A stretch of DNA of 64,000 nt, taken from the NCBI GenBank assembly GCA_963663035.1, contig OY760074.1, forward strand, positions 1,792,001 to 1,856,000. Direction: 5' to 3'. Positions 59,747 through 64,000 of the stretch are shown here, in pieces; the first letter of the stretch is position 1; each line of letters begins with the position of its first letter. Both the position numbers and the translations under genes were made by a program. Source of the DNA: Acidobacteriota bacterium. Lineage in GTDB: Bacteria > Acidobacteriota > UBA6911 > RPQK01 > JADFOI01. Below the pieces are notes generated by a model. That model had not been told where the DNA came from and did not search any database. It was given only the letters and a program-made list of their open reading frames with translations.

Positions 59747-60652
59747 CTATGCTAGACCCGGGACCATTTGAAGTCCACTCCAAGGGATTGGATCCAGTGC
59801 CTGCGACCTAGGTAGTTTGGCCTCTGGCGCCGGCGGCCGATAGGCCAAGGCGCTGTGAGGCCGGATCTGATTGTAATCCCTCCGCCAGCGTTCTACCAAC
59901 ACCTTGGCTTCCCCCAGCGTGTCGAAGATCTCCATGTTCAGCAGCTCATCCCGTAGTTTCCCGTTGAAACTCTCAATGTACCCATTCTCCCAGGGGCTGC
60001 CCGGCTCGATGTACAAGGTCCTTACCCCAACAGCCTGCAGCCAGTCCCGGACCGCCTGTGCCGTAAACTCCGATCCGTTATCGGACCGGATAAACTCAGG
60101 CACTCCCCGATCAACGAATAACTCCGCCAGCCGGTCCAACACGTCTTGGTGATTCATCTGCCGTTTCACATCAATGGCGAGGCACTCTCTGGTGTACTCA
60201 TCCAGGATCGTCAATAGCCGAAAGGCTCGCCCATCATGGGTCCGTTCATGCACGAAATCATAGCTCCAGACGTGGTTCTTGCGAGCCGCTCGTAACCGAA
60301 CACAGGAACCGTCATTAAGCCACAGCCTCCTTCGTTTCGGCTGTCTGGACGGGACTTTCAGCCCTTCTTGTCTCCACAGCCTCTCCACCCGCTTAGGATT
60401 CACCTTCCACCCTTCCCCATGAAGTATCGCCGTGACCCGCCGGTAGCCATAACGCCCGTATTGCGTAGCCAACTCCACCATCCGGGCCACCAATCGGGCC
60501 TCATCATCGGGAATTTGCCTTTCCCTTCGCTGGGTCGATCGAACCTGTCCCAGCACTTGGCAGGCCCGACGTTCGGAGACTCGCTCTGCTCCTAATCGCT
60601 CTCGTACCCACATCACCGCTCGTCTCCTGTTCGCCGGGCCTAGAAGTTTCCC
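59747..60652 (-). CDS. IS3 transposase OrfB (DDE integrase core), made by -1 frameshift
   Basis: [29 protein letters not shown]; slippery G-GGA-AAC at 60646-60652. Confidence 0.93.
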   Translation of the reverse strand, partial: GKLLGPANRRRAVMWVRERLGAERVSERRACQVLGQVRSTQRRERQIPDDEARLVARMVELATQYGRYGYRRVTAILHGEGWKVNPKRVERLWRQEGLKVPSRQPKRRRLWLNDGSCVRLRAARKNHVWSYDFVHERTHDGRAFRLLTILDEYTRECLAIDVKRQMNHQDVLDRLAELFVDRGVPEFIRSDNGSEFTAQAVRDWLQAVGVRTLYIEPGSPWENGYIESFNGKLRDELLNMEIFDTLGEAKVLVERWRRDYNQIRPHSALAYRPPAPEAKLPRSQALDPIPWSGLQMVPGLA

Positions 60653-60918
60653 GAGGACACTTCCTTCAGGATCTGCTTGTCCAAAGACAGATCCGCCACC
60701 AGCTTCTTCAACCGGGTATTCTCCTTCTCCAACACCTTCAACCTCTTGGCCTGGTCCAACCGGAGCCCTCCGTACTCTTTGCGCCACCGGTAGTAGGTCT
60801 GCTCGCTCACCCCCATCTGCTTCGACACCTGTCCCACCCTCTGTCCTTGGGCCAGATCCACCTCTGCCTCACGCAGCTTCATGATGATCTGTTCTGCCCT
60901 AAACCGCTTCCCTGCCAT
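60640..60918 (-). CDS. IS3 transposase OrfA (HTH)
   Basis: [40 protein letters not shown]; AGGAGG RBS. Confidence 0.95.
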   Translation of the reverse strand: MAGKRFRAEQIIMKLREAEVDLAQGQRVGQVSKQMGVSEQTYYRWRKEYGGLRLDQAKRLKVLEKENTRLKKLVADLSLDKQILKEVSSGNF

Positions 60919-61022
60919 CCTTGCCTCCTTCCTAAACCGGAAATCCTAACATTCAAACTGGACTCGTTTTAGGGGGCAAGGTCACTTGTTTTCTCCAATC
61001 GAGAAGAACAACAATAGGACCG

Positions 61023-63152
61023 ATGAGACCTCCAACAAGATTCCGCTTCTCTGCTTCTCTACTCTGTTTGATCTTCTTTCTCCCAGGGTGCAGTGACTCT
61101 CCAATGGATCGGCCCACCGGGCTGGACCAAACCGAAATTCTTTGGGATTCGTGGGGAGTGCCGCACATCTTTGCCGCGCAGGAAGGAAACCTGTTCTACG
61201 CAATGGGCTGGGCTCAGGCCAAAAGCCACGGCAATCTGATCTTGAGACTTTATGGCCAGGCACGGGGACGGGGAGCCGAACACTGGGGCCAGGCCTATCT
61301 GCCAACAGACCGTTGGGTCCGGATGATGGGTATTCCCGACCGTGCCAGGACCTGGTATGACGCCCAGAGTGGGGAATGGAAGCAAAATCTGGATTCCTTT
61401 GCCCAGGGTATCAATGCTTACGCTCAGGACCATCCTGATCAAATCTCGGAGGAGTTGAAGGTCATCCTGCCGGTAAACGGGCGGGACGTGCTGGCTCACG
61501 CTCAGCGGGTGATTCTTTTTTCCTTCGTCACCAGTCAGAGGCTTCTTCCCTTTGTCGACCAACAATGGAATCCTGGCCAGTCTGCACAACTCCCCAGGAA
61601 CCCTGGTGGATCCAACGGTTGGGCCATTGGACCCTCCAGGTCAGAAAGCGGAAACGCTCTGCTTCTCGCCAATCCCCATTTGCCCTGGTTCGATCTTTAC
61701 CTCTGGTATGAAACACACCTGGTTGGGCCAGGGATCGACGCCTATGGAGCAGGCCTGGTGGGCATCCCGGTCCTGGGGATAGCCTTTAACGACTATCTGG
61801 GCTGGACCCACACCGTCAACGCCCATGACGGAGATGACCTCTACGAGCTCACACTTACGGACGGCGGTTATCGCTGGAACGGTGGGGTCCAGGAGTTTGA
61901 AACGACCCAGGAGATTCTCACGGTCAAGCAGGAGGACGGCACCCTGAAGGAGGAAAAGCTCATCTTCAGGCAGTCCGTTCACGGTCCTGTGATTGCCGAG
62001 AAGAACGGCAAGGCCCTTGCCTTGAGGATCGTGGGGCTCGATCAGTCGGCCATGCTTTCCGAGTGGTGGGATATGATGCAGGCAAGAGATCTCGAGGAAT
62101 TCGAATCTGTTTTGAGGCGCATGCAGATTCCCATGTTTACGGTGATCTATGCCGACCGGGATGGCCACATCATGCATTTCTTCGGTGGTATCACCCCGAT
62201 ACGCCCGGCAGGAGATTGGGACTGGTCGGGGATCGTCCCGGGCGACACCTCGGAAACCCTCTGGACGGGAACCCATAGTTACGAAGAACTCCCTAAAGTG
62301 GTTGATCCCCAGAGCGGCTGGCTCCAAAACGCCAATGATCCCCCTTGGACGACAACCTTTCCGCCCGTCCTGGAGGCCAGCCAGTTCCCTCCTTACATGG
62401 CACCTCGAAGGATGCGCTTGCGAGCGCAGCGTTCGGCCCACATGCTGATGGAAGATGAGAGTATGACCCTCCAAGAGCTGATCCGCTATAAACATTCGAC
62501 CCATGTGGAACTGGCTGATCGTCTCCTCGATGACCTGTTAGCAGCTGCCCAGCAGAGCACCAGTGACCTGGTCCGCCAGGCCGCCCAGGTTCTGAGTTCC
62601 TGGGACCGCAAGACCGATGCCCAAAGCCGGGGTGCGGTCCTGTTTGAAGCTTTCTTTCAGGAACTCAATCGCTCCCAGTCTGACTCTGGTCTTTTTACCC
62701 TCAACTGGAGTGAGGAGTCTGCATTGGAAACCCCCAAGGGACTGGCTGATCGGGAGGCTGCCCTCAAAGCGCTGGAAATCGCGGCAACTCAAGTCCAGGC
62801 AGACCATGGAACACTGGAGGTGGAGTGGGGAAAAGTCAATCGTCTGCGTATAGCTGACCAAGATCTTCCCGCCAACGGAGGACCGGATAGTCTGGGTATC
62901 TTCCGAGCCCTCAGTTTCCAGGGGATTGGCCAGGGCCTGAGAAGGGCTACCTCGGGAGACTCCTTTGTGATGGCCGTGGAGTTTTCCAACCCGGTTCGGG
63001 CTCGGGCCCTACTGAGCTACGGAAATTCCTCACAACCGGAGTCACCCTTTCTTGGAGATCAACTTGAACTTTTTTCACAAAAGGAGTTACGCCCGGTGTG
63101 GCGAACTCGAGAGGAGATCGAGGCCAACCTGGACTCTAGGAAAGAGTTTTAG
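61023..63152 (+). CDS. Penicillin/AHL/cephalosporin acylase family Ntn-hydrolase lipoprotein
   Basis: LPGC lipobox, WDSWGVPHI, G|SNGWAI autoproteolysis site, LLANPHLPW, QNAN. Confidence 0.92.
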   Translation: MRPPTRFRFSASLLCLIFFLPGCSDSPMDRPTGLDQTEILWDSWGVPHIFAAQEGNLFYAMGWAQAKSHGNLILRLYGQARGRGAEHWGQAYLPTDRWVRMMGIPDRARTWYDAQSGEWKQNLDSFAQGINAYAQDHPDQISEELKVILPVNGRDVLAHAQRVILFSFVTSQRLLPFVDQQWNPGQSAQLPRNPGGSNGWAIGPSRSESGNALLLANPHLPWFDLYLWYETHLVGPGIDAYGAGLVGIPVLGIAFNDYLGWTHTVNAHDGDDLYELTLTDGGYRWNGGVQEFETTQEILTVKQEDGTLKEEKLIFRQSVHGPVIAEKNGKALALRIVGLDQSAMLSEWWDMMQARDLEEFESVLRRMQIPMFTVIYADRDGHIMHFFGGITPIRPAGDWDWSGIVPGDTSETLWTGTHSYEELPKVVDPQSGWLQNANDPPWTTTFPPVLEASQFPPYMAPRRMRLRAQRSAHMLMEDESMTLQELIRYKHSTHVELADRLLDDLLAAAQQSTSDLVRQAAQVLSSWDRKTDAQSRGAVLFEAFFQELNRSQSDSGLFTLNWSEESALETPKGLADREAALKALEIAATQVQADHGTLEVEWGKVNRLRIADQDLPANGGPDSLGIFRALSFQGIGQGLRRATSGDSFVMAVEFSNPVRARALLSYGNSSQPESPFLGDQLELFSQKELRPVWRTREEIEANLDSRKEF

Positions 63153-64000
63153 CCCGTAAGACGGCTCGTTGAATTTTTCCCGTGGGCGTCAGGGGAAGAC
63201 TCTCAACGATCTCCAGTCGCTCAGGCCATTTGAACTTGGCCGTTCCATCTTGTTCAAGCAGGGCACAAAGTTCCTCCAGGGTGGGGGGCGCCTTTCCCTG
63301 AACTGGCACCACAAAGCAGACGGCGCGTTCACCCAGTCGTTCATCGGGCATGCCCACAATAGCCGTCATATACACTGCGGGATGACGGCGGATCACCTCT
63401 TCCACACTTTCCGGGAGGTACTTGGCCCCGCCCCGATTGATTTCCTCCTTGCGACGTCCCAGGATCTGCACATTGCCCGCGGAATCCATTCTGGCCAGAT
63501 CACCAGTTCGAAACCAACCGTCGCTGGTAAAGCTCTCCTGGGTAGCTTCCGGGTTCTTAAAATAGCTCTTGATGCCAAAGGGGGTTTGAATGACAAGCTC
63601 CCCTTTCTGATCAGGGGAAACTGTCTTGTCCTGGTCGTCGCGAAGGGCAATGACGCAGGCACCTGAGACTCGTCCGGCCGTCATCTCAATCACCTCCGCC
63701 CGATCATCCAGACGCGTGTAGAAACCACCTCCGGTTTCGGTCATGCCCCAAAAAACCATCGGCGTGCAATGCTTCAAGGTCTTGCGCAGCTTGCCCACCA
63801 GATCGGGAGAACAGACGCTGCCGGAGAGGGCAAAGAGCCGAAGGCCACCGAGAGCTTCAGGGTTCAAGTCAGAAGAGGCTAGAAGGTCAACGGCATGCAC
63901 GGGAGCCCCAATCACGACCGTTGCCCCACCTTCAGCCAGCCTGGATGGAAAGGTAGTAGGGCGATACTTTTCCAGAAGCACTTGACGGCAACCGTAGATC
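63136..64000 (-). CDS. Acyl-CoA synthetase / AMP-binding enzyme, 5'-truncated by window edge
   Basis: WGMTE, WFRTGDL, GRRKEEINRGG, DERLGE, LPLTPTGKIQR. Confidence 0.92.
   Translation of the reverse strand, partial: IYGCRQVLLEKYRPTTFPSRLAEGGATVVIGAPVHAVDLLASSDLNPEALGGLRLFALSGSVCSPDLVGKLRKTLKHCTPMVFWGMTETGGGFYTRLDDRAEVIEMTAGRVSGACVIALRDDQDKTVSPDQKGELVIQTPFGIKSYFKNPEATQESFTSDGWFRTGDLARMDSAGNVQILGRRKEEINRGGAKYLPESVEEVIRRHPAVYMTAIVGMPDERLGERAVCFVVPVQGKAPPTLEELCALLEQDGTAKFKWPERLEIVESLPLTPTGKIQRAVLRAKTLS

Larger units (their letters stand above)
59718..60984 (-). mobile_element. IS3-family insertion sequence (IS407-group-like), 1267 bp
   Basis: Terminal IRs TGACCTGCCCCCACGAACGAGTCCA / TGACCTTGCCCCCTAAAACGAGTCCA, 4-bp CTTG target duplication, orfA and orfB. 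Confidence 0.95.

Overview
64 kb from a diderm bacterium, most likely Acidobacteriota (inferred from the Oar-type TonB receptor, lpxD and futalosine-pathway mqnC). The left third is mostly housekeeping: a truncated GT-C-like membrane protein, four radical SAM genes (SPASM/B12/SPASM/B12), an M48-LysM protease, a rhomboid protease, ahcY-metK, argR-G-H-F with an ARG box, mqnC, an acyl-CoA dehydrogenase and ogt. The most unusual feature is a family of nine secreted YtcJ-like (Amidohydro_3) metallo-hydrolases. Six form a tandem, mosaic array (21.2-32.9 kb) that ends in a translationally coupled secreted cohesin-like protein with a C-terminal CFFFMH tail; three more lie at 41.5, 50.7 and 52.7 kb. 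By manual motif comparison all nine lack the usual Lys and carry Glu at the catalytic Asp position. After a core block (rmuC, xerD, murJ, lpxD), the right half is a periplasmic catabolic region: TonB receptor, PuuE-like deacetylase, orphan ABC parts, a tannase-family protein lacking its catalytic His, UbiD with an unannotated 54-aa zinc-ribbon partner, an intact IS3, an Ntn acylase and a CoA ligase. Intergenic DNA holds four copies of a covarying hairpin MITE-like element, REP-like palindromes and heptamer tandem repeats. No rRNA, tRNA or CRISPR array was seen. All calls come from reading motifs by eye; no database searches were run.
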